Below, one piece after another: positions 12,954 through 24,964 of a DNA stretch of 64,000 bases. Location of the stretch: positions 44,826,001 to 44,890,000 of the forward strand of contig OX597833.1 in assembly GCA_951406725.2 (NCBI GenBank), given 5' to 3'. A program made the translations under genes and the position numbers. Numbering within the stretch: position 1 is the first letter of the stretch; every line of letters starts with the position of its first letter. Source of the stretch: Octopus vulgaris. Taxonomy: Eukaryota. Below the pieces are notes generated by a model. It had not been told where the DNA came from. It was given only the letters and a program-made list of their open reading frames with translations, and did not search any database.

Positions 12954-14935
12954 GATCAGAAGAGAAATGTGTCCGCATGGATGATGGGGCACTTGCTTTT
13001 AATGTTGGTGAAAAGAAAGAGGCTTGGAGAAGCCATTATGAAAGACTGCTGAATGTGGAGAATGAATGGGAGGAGGAGAGCCTGCCAAATGTTGACCCAG
13101 TAGAGGGACCAGCTATCCAAATAGACAGCTCCCTTGTAGTTAAGGCAATTAAGGGTATGAAACCAGGTAAAGCCCCCGGCCCATCAGGTATCACTGCTGA
13201 GATGCTTAAAACAGCTGGTTATGTGGGCTATGGCCTAGTCACCCGCATTGTAAACCAGGTAGTTCATAATGGAGTCATACCCAATGACTGGCGTAGCAGC
13301 ACCATAGTCAACTGCTACAAGGGTAAAGGTGATGCTCTAGATAGAAATAACTACAGGGGTATTAAACTGTTGGATCAGGTGATGAAGGTCATAGAGAGGG
13401 TCATAACCCATCTCATTAGGGAGAGAATTTGCTTAGATGAGATGCAGTTCGGTTTTGTGCCGGGTAGAAGCACCACTGATGCCATATTCCTGGTCTGAGA
13501 ACTGCAGGAGAAGTACCTAGCTAAAGATAAACCCCTCTACATAGCTTTTGTAGACTTGGAGAAAGCCTTTGACAGGGTTCCCCGATCCCTTATCTGGTGG
13601 TCGATGCGGAAACTGGAGATTGACGAATGGCTAATAAGGGCTGTACAGGTTCTATACAGAGAGGCTGTCAGCAAGGTTAGGATTGGCAACGAATATAGTG
13701 AAGAATTCCGGGTAGAAGTAGGTGTACACCAAGGCTCAGCCCTCAGTCCCCTTTTATTCATCATAGTCCTCCAGTCAATAACAGAGGAATTCAAAACAGG
13801 CTGCCCCTGGGAGCTCCTCTATGCTGATGACCTGGCTCTCATAGCAGAATCACTACCGGAACTAGAAAAGAAATTTCGGGTGTGGAAACAAGGGTTAGAA
13901 TCAAAGGGCCTTAGAGTAAATGTAGCGAAGACCAAAGTTATAGTAAGCAGAAAGGCAAACTCAGCACACACCCCATCGGGCAGGTGGCCCTGCTCGATCT
14001 GTAGGAAAGGTGTAGGTAGAAACTCCATAAGATGCACCCAGTGTAAGCTATGGATGCATAAGAGGTGCAGCAACATCAAAGGGAAATTAACTGATAAGAT
14101 AGCTTTCATGTGCGGCAGATGCACAGGGACAATAGACACCACAAATACTCAGAAAACAGATTCCATCACACTCCAGTGGGAGAAACTAGAAGTAGTTGAT
14201 AGTTTCCGCTACCTGGGTGACCAAGTTAGTAGTGGAGGTGGATGCTCAGAGAGTGTCACCACTAGAATACGAATAGTCTGGGCAAAGTTTAGAAAGCTCC
14301 TACCCCTACTGGCAACAAAGGGTCTCTCACTCAGAGTGAAAGGTAGATTGTATGATGCATGTGTGCGAACTGCCATGCTTCACGGCAGTGAAACATGGGC
14401 CGTGACTGCAGAGGACATGTGTAGACTTGAAAGAAATGAAGCTAGCATGATCCACTGGATGTGTAATGTCAGTGTGAATGCACGACAGAGTGTAAGCACC
14501 CTGAGAGAAATGCTGGACATAAGAAGCATCAGATGTGGTGTGCAAGAGCGACGCTTGCGATGGTATGGTCATGTACTGCGGATGGATGAGGAGAGATGTG
14601 TGAAGAAGTGCCGCTCCCAAACAGTTGAAGGAATCAGGGGGAGAGGTAGACCCAGGAAGACATGGGATGAGGTAGTCAAGCATGGGCTCAGAGCGTTGGG
14701 CCTCACTGCGGCAATGGCAAAGGACCGAGATCTCTGGAGATATGCTGTGACTACAAAGACCCGAGATGCTTCCGGCTCCAGTTCCGCATAGCCCCTGCCC
14801 ATTTTCAAAGTACCTTGGATCCCGGAACATCTCGCTGTGCTTGAGGAGACCTGTTGAGTCAAGTGCATGTACACGAACATCGAAACAAATATCAATGGAA
14901 ATAGTAGTTGTGTCGGTGGCACATAAAAAGCACCA
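12954..14935 (+). mobile_element. RTE-clade LINE, 5'-truncated, one in-frame stop, with internal PHD-like finger; in CCNDBP1 intron 1
   Basis: GKAPGPSG, NYRGIKLL, QFGF, DLEKAFD, GVHQGS, LLYADD, FRYLG, RLRWYGH, GRGRPRKTW. Confidence 0.93.
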
Positions 14936-15897
14936 TCCGAAAGAGACCGATAGAATAAATACTGGGCTTACAAAAGAATAAGTCCCGGGGGTCGAGTTGC
15001 TTGACTAAAGGCGGTGCTCTAGCATGGCCGCAGTCAAATGACTGAAACAAGTAAAAGAGTAATGGTTAGAATGCCTTTAATCCTATTATGCACGATGAAG
15101 CTGGATCTGTGGCTACACAACTTCCAAATGATCTCATGTTGACAAAATTAGTTGTTGTTTAGCCCCCACTTCAGTCCTGATTTAGCAAGCACCTTCATCA
15201 AACACATTCTAGATACATCTTCACTACAACTACTTTTATCCTCCCCCTTTCTCTCTCTCTCTACTTTTATCAAATCAGCCAACCATTTATAGGCTCCATT
15301 ATTCACTCCTGACAATAAATTGTGTTGAATGCAGATTAACAAATGTACAGTGCTGATGTACCTATGCCAGGCTTAGTTGCAATCTATGTGTATGTATGTA
15401 TGTATGTATATCTAATCTTGCAAACTACAACAGATTTGCTGGAATTACAATAATAAAGTAGGTCAATTAGTATTCTCTTTTACTCTTTTACTTGTTTCAG
15501 TCATTTGACTGCGGCCATGCTGGAGCACCACCTTCAATCGAGCAACTCGACCCCAGGACTTATTCTTTTGTAAGCCCAGTACTTATTCTATCGGTCTCTT
15601 TTGCCGAACCGCTAAGTGACGGGGACATAAACACACCAGCATCGGTTGTCAAGCGATGCTAGGGGGACACACACATATACATATATACGACGGGCTTCTT
15701 TCAGTTTCCATCTACCAAATCCACTCACAAGGCTTTGGTTGGCCCGAGGCTATAGTAGAAGACATTTGCCTAAGGTGCCACGCAGTGGGACTGAACCCGG
15801 AACCATGTGGTTGGTAAGCAAGCTACTTACCACACAGCCACTATAGTATGTCTATAGTATTTACATTTTCAGAATTTTATGCTTTATTTATTTTCAG

Positions 15898-15960
15898 ATG
15901 GCGAATCAGATCATGCTGAGAACACCTATTATACTAAAGATGAATACTGGAATCAAATAA
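15898..15960 (+). CDS. CCNDBP1: CCNDBP1 coding exon 2
   Basis: ttttcag|(D)GESDHAENTYYTKDEYWNQI-A|gtatgc; corresponds to human GEAQETTEEFNREMFWRRL. Confidence 0.87.
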   Translation: MANQIMLRTPIILKMNTGIK

Positions 15961-16735
15961 GTATGCTATTTTGTATTGTTGTTTTTAAGACTGACATTGT
16001 CTTATTTTGTGAGTGTTGGTTGTTGTGGTTTTCTACTGTTGAAGGCATTGCATAGTGATTGACTTATTGGAGATTCTGGCTCTTTCAGTAAAATGTGTAA
16101 CAAGATGGGAGTTCAGGAACACTGGAGGGGTGTCCGATCTGATCCTGTCACATACAATTTAAGTTGAATAAACGGAGACAAAGTCGGGTGGTCTTCGACA
16201 ACATTAAGTGGTGGTTTATTCTCGGTTACAGGTAAGAACTAGTGCACGTGTATCTCTAGTAGGGAAGCCGGCAGCTGAATCTGCAGGACTGGTTGCGATG
16301 CTTTCTTGTTGCGAGTTAAGACAATTCATCGGTTCGCCGGGTTGAGGTTCTCTGTGTGTGTATATGTATGTATATATTTGTGTATGTATGTGTATATATA
16401 TATATGAACTTGAGAGTCATAGATAACAAATTGTTTATAAAATGGGATGGTCACAGCTAGAACTTCTCTTGACCATAGGTCAATGGTCAGGACTAAATAA
16501 CAACATGAGTAAAAATGAATAATTTATTAATTAAACTTTTTTTTTTCCTAAAAAAATTTTTTCTTTTTAAATTCCATTATCAAAAAATATTGTTATAATA
16601 CTCTCACTATACTTAAAAATTTGCAGTAAATTCTTTGAATCAGAACATTGGTGAAATGAAATCAGTTTAAAGAATACCAGTACAAACCGTTAGTATACTC
16701 ATTTCTCTAATAATTGGGTGTTTTTTCTCTTTCAG

Positions 16736-16815
16736 GAAATATTAGCTTATCACTTTCCCATGATGTGACTCTTATCTCTATGGCATTTTCTAAGACACCC
16801 TATCCAACACCAGAA
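16736..16815 (+). CDS. CCNDBP1: CCNDBP1 coding exon 3
   Basis: ctttcag|(R)NISLSLSHDVTLISMAFSKTPYPTPE|gtaagt; cf. human VSREATTLTIVFSQLPLPSPQ. Confidence 0.9.
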
Positions 16816-17113
16816 GTAAGTCACTTTTTATGTATCTCTTCTTCCTGTTATAACAGCATGACAGTTATATTCTAGTATTTAAAACTAATTTATGTAGTTA
16901 GATTTTTTGTTATCAGTGTGAAAATTGAAAAATTAATTGCTTTTAATTTGGAAGCTTGCAGCTCATTGACATAAACATGGTAATTGCCATCCTTTTTTGT
17001 GGACCATATTTTCACATTTGTGCTACCATGTAGAGAAATAACATGTATTAGTCCTTTTGTTGCCAGTGTGAAGATGGACAGATTTATTGCTTTTAATTTG
17101 GAAGCATTAATTA

Positions 17114-17708
17114 AGGCAGCAAGCTGGCAGAGTCGTTAGCACGCCAGATGAAATGCTTAGTGGTATTTCATCTGCCACTTTGTTCGGAGTTCAAATTCCA
17201 CCGAGGTCAACTTGGCCATTCATCTTTTCGGGGTCGATAAATTAAGTACCAGTTATGCACTGGGATCGATAAATCGACTTAATCCATTTGTCTGTCCTTG
17301 TTTGTCCTCTCTGTGTTTAGCCCCTTGTGGGTAGTAAATAAATAGGTATTTCATCTGCTGCTTTGTTCTGAGTTCAAATTCCACCGAGGGCGACTTTGCC
17401 TTTCATCCTTTCGAGTTCAATTAAATAAGTGCCAGTTATGCACTGGGGTCAATGGAATCAACTTAATCCCTTTGTCTGTCCTTGTTTGTCCACTCTGTTT
17501 AGCCCCTTATGGGTAGTAAATAAATAGGTATTTCATCTGCTGCTTTGTTCTGAGTTCAAATTCCACCGAGGTCGACTTTGCCTTTCATCCTTTCGAGTTC
17601 AATTAAATAAGTGCCAGTTATGCACTGGGGTCAATGGAATCAACTTAATCCCTTTGTCTGTCCTTGTTTGTCCACTCTGTTTAGCCCCTTATGGGTAATA
17701 AAGAAATA
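17114..17708 (+). mobile_element. SINE family A, internally tandemised copy with TSD aatttggaagcat. Others: ~298-399+, 11970-12140+, 12742-12952+, 20345-20560-, 25340-25530+, 46604-46835+, 57068-57216+, 61785-61931-
   Basis: Recurrent gagctggcagaaacgttagc...gagttcaaattc (B box)...gcctttcatcctttcggggtcgataaa. Confidence 0.87.
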
Positions 17709-17802
17709 AATTTGGAAGCATGCAGTTCATTGACATAAACATGGCAATTGCCATCCTTCATAGTATGTTCAACTTTAGTGAACCATATCTTCACATTTGT
17801 GT

Positions 17803-18128
17803 TAGGAGTACTCCATCGGTTACGACGATGAGGGTCCCAGCTGATGCGATCAACGGAACAGCCTGCTCGGGAAATTAACATGCAAGTGACTGAGCAATCC
17901 ACAGACACACGTATTCCTAACGTAGTTCTCAGGGCGATTCAGCGTGACACAGAGTGTGACAAGGCCGGCCCTTTGAAATACAGGTGCAACTCACTTTTGC
18001 CAGCTGAGTGGACTGGAGCAACGTGAAATAAAGTGTCTTGCTCAAGGACACAACGCATCGCCGGGAATCGAAATCACGACCTTACAATCGTGAGCCGAAT
18101 GCCCTAACCACTAAGCCACGTGCCTTCA
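17803..18128 (-). mobile_element. tRNA-derived SINE family D (others ~25005-25330+, ~43038-43341+)
   Basis: On minus: tggcttagtgg A box and gatttcgattccc B box; TSD cttca(c/t)atttgtg. Confidence 0.8.
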
Positions 18129-18239
18129 TATTTGTGCTACCATATAAAGAAATAGCATGTGTATAGCATAAGTAAATTCTGAGCTTTCCATTGCTTTTTA
18201 AGAGCCATTGCTTAACTCTAGTAGATGATGATGACCAAC

Positions 18240-18800
18240 TAAGACGATGGATATTATGAAACCATCTCATTCTTGATCTACCCTTGTATATCCTGCCAAC
18301 TGGCTTGACTTGAAGAATCTGTTTGTGATTCTTTCCTGTAACATCCTAGTCACATGTCTGTGTGCAGAGAATTAGTGACTTGACCTGTAGAAACTCCTTG
18401 ACCTCCAAGCTACACACTCATTGATTCTGTTGCTGGAGGTTGATGTAAAGAGAGGAGTGGAGTTATCAACTAATCGCCACCAAGTTGTCTAAATAGGACG
18501 AACTCACAAAACCGGTAAGTCCAGTGCAACATTAGGGATAAAGTGGAAGACCTGTCATGATGGGATCAGAAGCAAATATGTGAACAATATTGAATCCAAA
18601 TTTAGAGGCCTTCCTGAATAAACTGAAGACATCAAAATGGAGTCGAGATTGTTTTGTTCAGCAGTTTCTATTTTGGTTTTACAATGCTGTGGACAAAAGC
18701 ATCTTGGTGTGACACCAGGTGGTAAACTTCTTGGTTTAACCAGGAAGTTAAAAATGCTATCCAAGCAAAGAAGGTAACTTACAAAGCTTGGCTTGGTTTC
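18240..18800. mobile_element. Old RTE fragments in opposite orientations
   Basis: Minus: KGRSRMRWFHNI (GRPRxRW-like). Plus: WFNQEVKNAIQAKKVTYKAW (RTE linker-like). Confidence 0.5.
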
Positions 18801-18987
18801 GGATTCAGTCCCACTGCGTGGCACTTTGGGTAGGTGTCTTCCACTATAGCCCGAGTTGACTAAAGCTTTGTGATTGAATTCGGTAGGTGGAAGTTACTGC
18901 CGTGTGTGTGTATGTGTGCGTATAGCTGCTCAGTGCCTCTCCGAAAGAGAGAGAGAGGGAGATATATATATATATTTATTTATATTT

Positions 18988-19321
18988 TATAGAAGGAGCT
19001 TCTACAGGACTAGAACTGTTTCATTCAAGAGAAATCTTCAGGAAGCTAGTTAACAAGAATTGTATTTTGACCACTCCCCCAAGTATGATATTTTGCGCTA
19101 TGCCTACCCCCAAAAAGTCCCCCACCAACACCCCTTTAAACATGCCTAAATGTATAAATGCCAATACAATTCTTGTTAACTAGCTTCCTGAAGATTTCTC
19201 TTGAATGAAACAGTTCTAGTCCTGTAGAAGCTCCTTCTATATAATAAATTAATTTTACTCTACTATGTATTGAGTACCTTATTTACTGTGGTTAACCCCG
19301 AATCAACCCGGGACCTACATA

Positions 19322-19325
<4 letters not shown>
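18988..19325. repeat. Inverted repeat (~79-bp arms, ~96-nt spacer) plus tail between (TA)n tracts
   Basis: 18988-19066 is the reverse complement of 19163-19241. Confidence 0.9.
19182..19232 (+). ncRNA. Type I hammerhead ribozyme motif (antisense twin at 18997-19047)
   Basis: Stem I agcttc/gaagct, CTGAAGA (19188-19194), short stem II ttc-tctt-gaa with a U-U closing mismatch, GAAA, stem III acag/ctgt, cleavage triplet GUA. Confidence 0.7.
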
Positions 19326-19363
<38 letters not shown>

Positions 19364-19366
<3 letters not shown>

Positions 19367-19858
19367 GGTATCCCAGATTTAACTATCTATTTCAATGAAT
19401 TCAGGCAAATTTTTTAAAAGCTGACAGAATTTTATGTCTATCACTTAATTATGATACCAAAATAAATAGATTTATACATCTTATATCAGAACTTTATTGA
19501 AAATTTTGTCTGTATCCCTGCAAATTTCAAATCTATCCTAAGTTTTGCAAAACACATTTTGAAGCATTCCCAGAGTTATCTCCTGCACCACTAACTGAAT
19601 GCATTCATTTAATGTCCAACTATTGCTCCATTCTGGTGATGGCGGTAGAGAAAATGATGCTGCCAAATTGAAAAGAAAAAGGCTGTCATAGACAGATAAG
19701 CAGGATTCAACAGGAAGGCAAATAAAATTATTAAAAAAAAGTTATAAACATTTATACACTTTTAACACACATTAAACATGATAAACATAAATAAAAGTGA
19801 GTTCTTTAAAAAATTGTTCAGTTTCAGTGAAATAGATAGTTAATTCCGGGTCACACTA
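19364..19858. mobile_element. Tc1/mariner-type MITE
   Basis: Imperfect TIR cagggtatcccagatttaactatctatttca / tgaaatagatagttaattccgggtcacacta, beside a TA tract. Confidence 0.6.
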
Positions 19859-20280
19859 CATACATGCACGCATGCATACATACATACATGTCATCATCAT
19901 CATCATTTAACATCTGTTTTCCATGCTGGAATGTGTTAGTTTGACTGGAGATGGTAGGCTGGAGAGCTGCACTAGGCTCCAGTCTATTTCGGCTTGGTTT
20001 CTATGGCTGGATGCCTTTCCTAATGCCAACCACTCTACAGTGTGTACTCGGTGTCTTTTACATGTCTCCAGCACAGGTGCATTTTACGTGTCACCTGCAC
20101 AGGTGCCTTTCACGCATCACTTACACTGGTCACAATCGTGATTTCACTTAGCTTGACATGTCTTCTGAAGTACAGCAATTCACCAGAAGTCTTGGTCACT
20201 TGTTATCGCCTGTGTGAGACTCAACATCCAAAGATCACATTTCACCACCACATGTGTATGTATGTATATATTGTGTATAT

Positions 20281-20314
<34 letters not shown>

Positions 20315-20991
20315 GGTATGTGAGTGTGTCCAGTTTAATATCTGTTTCTTTATTACCCACAAGGGGCTAAATATAGAGGGAACAAACAAGGACAGACAAA
20401 CGAAGTAAGTCGATTACATCGACCCCAGTGCATAACTGGTACTTAATTTATCGACCCCGAAAGGATGAAAGGCAAAGTCGACCTCGGTGGAATTTGAACT
20501 CAGAACGTAATGGCAGACGAAATACGGCTACGCACTTCGCCCGGCGTGCTAACATTTCTAACGTCCGCTTTTCATGCTAGCATGGGTTGGACGATTTTGA
20601 CTGAGGGCTGGCGAACCAGATGGCTGCACCAGGCTCCAATCTGATCTGGCAGTTTCTACAGCTGGATGCCCTTCCTAACGCCAACCACTCCGAGAGTGTA
20701 GTGGGTGCTTTTTACTTGCCACTGGCACGGGGCCAGTCAGGCGGTACTGGCAACAACCTTACTTGAATCTTTTTACACATGCCACCATATCTGTTGTAGC
20801 AATCATCTTGCTGTCTACCAATTTATTTATTTAAATATTTATCTATTTTCTCATTAAATTTTCTTTAAATTATTATATAATACCACTTAGTGTCCAATTT
20901 CTTTTCCTTTCCACTCATTGAATAACAGTTTAAATATATTATCCTTATTGTTATATATAGAATCAACTACAACTTTTACTATTTCTTTTAG

Positions 20992-21073
20992 GCTGTAACA
21001 AAAATGCTAAGTAAATTAGAGATGACAGCACTAACACTTGTATCCAGTTTTTATATGCTCCCAAAAACACAAG
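20992..21073 (+). CDS. CCNDBP1: CCNDBP1 coding exon 4
   Basis: ttttag|AVTKMLSKLEMTALTLVSSFYMLPKTQ-G|gtatta; cf. human VYYLLPKDQG. Confidence 0.9.
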
Positions 21074-21223
21074 GTATTAATACTATTTTTCTATTTGAAG
21101 TCGTATTGTTTTACTTTTTATAAAAATGTAATAGATTTCCTGAGACAAAACCTGTCACATTACTAAGAATGTTTATCATAGATCCAAAGTAATTGTTAGA
21201 AAGACATCTATAATTTATGTAAT

Positions 21224-21273
<50 letters not shown>

Positions 21274-22634
21274 TTTCATTATCTGATAATTTATTGTACT
21301 ATTGGGTATCTTCATCATATAGTTTAAGTTATGTTTATAGCAATAATAAATACTTATACATACAGTTACTTATGAACATCATAAAGTTATGAATTTCTCA
21401 AACAAGTCAACAGCTTTTAATTATGTACTTTTATCTTCTGAATTCAAATCTACTAAGGTCTTTTTTTTTTTAAACAATTACCAGTCAACTATGAAGGTCA
21501 AACTAGTACACTCTGTCCTGAAATGTGTAGATTTGTGTTTATGTTAGAATTTATTACTATAACTTGACTCAAGATTTTTTTTTTTAAATCTGTTAATGAG
21601 GATAACTTGGGATTTGTAATGCTGGCGTGAAGATGTATTTTCCATATGTTGGTGACTCCCAGACACTCTATTGAAGAATTCTGTTGTTAATGTGACCTCT
21701 TAGCAGATGCAAATATTTTTTGAGTTTGAGATACCTTTTGAGACCTTCAGCCTCCTTTGACCAATTTTCCCTAATGTATTATGTGATCACTCTACCTGCT
21801 ATCTTCCTGAAATCATGTCTTATCCTCTTTGGATAATGTAGTCCTAGAAAAAGTATGCTTGAAACGAAAAATTTGGTTGATCACAACTGGAATGCCTTTG
21901 AGCATAGATCTACTCAGACTTCTGTAACTGTAGGTTGATGCTAAACTCTTAATCTAAAATGACCAAACACTTTTCTTACAGGAAATGTTTCCTTTAAGAA
22001 AATGCTGTATTTGGCTTATGTGAAATTTTGGTCATTCATGAACCATATTTTGATTGAGTCCTATTCCTGTAACAAAGTTAACTTGTGAAAAAAGAATGGT
22101 TAATCATATGATACAGTAGTAATATTTTGAGAACTGGAACTTACTTTTGTAGTTAGTAATTTTGTTGCTCCAGAGATTGGAAAGTAACATTTTTAAAGGT
22201 TGGACAGTAGATCTATCTGAACTTGATACTGAAAGGAAATGTGGCTTTTCAGTTATCCTCAGCACACAATTACAAAATAAACAGTGAATCAGAAATTGCC
22301 ATATTTCGTGGCATAAAAGATTGCATGGCTGTATTAGATGCTCCCCAATTTCAGAAGTGCATATTGAAGAAAAAAAGTGTTTTAGTGCATCAAAGCTGAA
22401 GGGAAGCCCAACTTCTTGTATAGGATCCGGGTCTCTTTGTTTTTTGTTTTTTTATGGATGTTTTGGGGGGAAATGTCTTATATCCCATCAAATACAATTA
22501 TCTACAAACCATTTCTTTAAAGTCTTCTTCATAAAGATTTGAAATAATTAGTTACTCAATATCAATATCAATGAAACTTTTTTTTTCTTTCCAAAAACAT
22601 TTTATTGTTTTTATTTTCATTTTCCAAAATAAAG

Positions 22635-22728
22635 GTTTGTTGCTGAGGGATTCTTTTAAAAAGTCCACAATTGAGCTAATCGAAAAGGTTAACACATTTA
22701 TCAAATCCATCCAGACAGGTAGTGCCAG
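22635..22728 (+). CDS. CCNDBP1: CCNDBP1 coding exon 5
   Basis: aataaag|(G)LLLRDSFKKSTIELIEKVNTFIKSIQTGSA-AG|gtaagt; cf. human GITLRKLVRGATLDIV. Confidence 0.85.
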
Positions 22729-23339
22729 GTAAGTAAACAAGTCAACAATAGCTGCATTAAATATTACATATTTTAGGAACATCATCATCAGCTTCCTTTA
22801 TGCTAACATGGGTCAGACAAAACTTATTGGAGCAGTTTTCCTACAAAGGCCCTTTCTTTCACAGTCCCTCACTTTTCTCCAAGTAAGGCACTATTTCTTC
22901 TGATCTTCTTAATTACAAACCACTCAACAACTATATGTGCTTTTGCAGCAGATATAGCCACAGGCATGGCTGTGTGGCTAAGCTTGCTTCCCAACCATGT
23001 GGTCTCAGGTTCAGTCCCACTGTGCAGCACCTTGAGCAATTGTCTTCTACTATAGCCCCAGGATGACCAAAGTTTTGTGAGTGAATTTGGTAGGCGGAAA
23101 CTAAAAGAATCCTATTGTGTATCTGTGCATGTATGTGTGTTTATGCGTGCGTGCATATGTATATGTGTGTATATGCACATATGTGCATGTTTGTGTATGC
23201 ATATCTGTGTGTATGTATCTTTGCCTGCACATTAACTACATGACTGTAAACATGCATCATACAAGCGATGTTCATCTCCAGTCTTACATGGAAAACTTAT
23301 CTGGCCATAGAAAATCTGCCTCTTTCATTTGCCCATGTT

Positions 23340-23770
23340 GTTAGATTGTGTATTCATCTTCTTCTCCAACTGCGTAACTCAGACTGCATTTTGAACTGAC
23401 AACTTTATGCTCACAGCGGTCTCTCACCTCTTGAGGGAACTCTTCTGATGAGGAGACTATGGTGGTTTGGTCATGCGTTACAGCACCCCCATGACAAGCT
23501 TGTCCAGAAGGCTATAGCACCAGATCCTCCCTCCAGGTTAGTGTAAGTAGGCAGGTGACCAGCTGAAGACATGGCTCATGACAGTTAAAGCAGATATGGA
23601 GATCGTTTCTGGCCCTCAAGTTTTTGGTGTTCGTCATTGGAACTGGGAATGGCTTCGACACGCTGCAGAATCAGCTGCCAGCAGACATGCATGAACCATG
23701 TTGACCCGTGACACAGTGAACTTAATAGGAGCTGGCTTAACCCCTCTTGGGTGAATGCTGTTACAAAACA
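23340..23770 (+). mobile_element. Degenerate RTE 3' fragment
   Basis: aggagactatggtggtttggtcatgcg = RRLWWFGHA motif. Confidence 0.55.
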
Positions 23771-24278
23771 AGATCTGCCCATGCAAGCATGGAAAAATGA
23801 GCATTAGGTGCCAGCCTCGTCTGGCCCCCGTGTCGGTGGCACATAAAAAGCACCATCTGAACGTGGCCGTTTGCCAGCCTCGTCTGGCACCTATGCAGGT
23901 GGCACGTAAAAGGCACCCACTACACTCACGGAATGGTTGGCATTAGGAAGGGCATCCAGCTGTAGAAACACAGCCAGATCAGACTGGGCCTGGCACAGCC
24001 TTCTGGCTTCCCAGACCCCAGTTGAACTGTCCAACCCATGCTAGCATGGAAAACGGACGTTAAGCGATGATGATGATGATGATGTAAACCCAAACATCAT
24101 TTATGTTGTGACATAATTTTTAACATCATACATAAATTTTTAATTGTTATTTTTTTTCTTTCTATTTGTGAAGCTTTCTCTGAATAGAACATATTTCAAG
24201 CTTTTTTGTGTGTTCAGAAACTTATATTCTTGTCTACTGTAAAAGGAAATAAAAGGTTTCCATTTTCTTTCTCCCCAG

Positions 24279-24349
24279 TTCCCCAGAGATGCTGTACAAA
24301 ACAGGAATAGTGTGGGAGCATTCTGACTTTTTCAGTTCTCAGCCAAAAG
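24279..24349 (+). CDS. CCNDBP1: CCNDBP1 coding exon 6
   Basis: ctccccag|(S)SPEMLYKTGIVWEHSDFFSSQPK-G|gtaaat; conserved VW motif. Confidence 0.88.
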
Positions 24350-24521
24350 GTAAATATCTAATAAGGCTTGGATTGTAGCAGTTGACTCTACATAACAAGT
24401 CACAGTGGTTGATAAAAGGAACCAGTTTGGTACCTTTTTTATCAATTGTTAACCCTCTCCGTTTATCTTTTTTTTTTTTTTTTTGTAATTTATAAATATA
24501 TTTATATATTAATATATACTA

Positions 24522-24964
24522 CTAGCAGTATAGCCCGGCAATGCTCGGGTTTGTTTTTTTGTTGCGCCTAAAACGGAACACTTTGCTGTCGTGTTAACAA
24601 AGTTTTGACATAGTTTCAATCTTTTTTGAAAAGTAAAAAGTTTGCATTATGTAGCCTGTTATTCTCTTTAAGTGAACATTTTTCTGGTTGAAATACAGTG
24701 AAAAATGGTGACACAGCAGTCAAAAAATCGTAAAAAAGTAGGGATTTTCATAGAAAAAAGCATCTTTTTGATGTAAATAATTTTTGGTCTTAACATGGTC
24801 GAATTTGAATTTTTTCTTCTACAGAATGAAGAGCAAGCCTTCTTCTATCATACTCTCAATTTTGGTCAACTTGCGCCACAGGGTCTCGGAAGAGATAGTG
24901 TTAGTTGAAGGCTACCAAGCCTGCCACACACACACACAGACAACTTCAGCTTTATATGTATAGA
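24522..24964 (-). mobile_element. Non-autonomous Helitron in CCNDBP1 intron 6
   Basis: 5'-TC...cccgagcattgccggg hairpin...CTAG-3' on minus; A|T insertion site. Confidence 0.7.

Noticed and set aside
16146-16352. Possible solo LTR fragment (tgtcaca start, tttatt)
   Set aside because: No matching second terminus, TSD or PBS/PPT identified.
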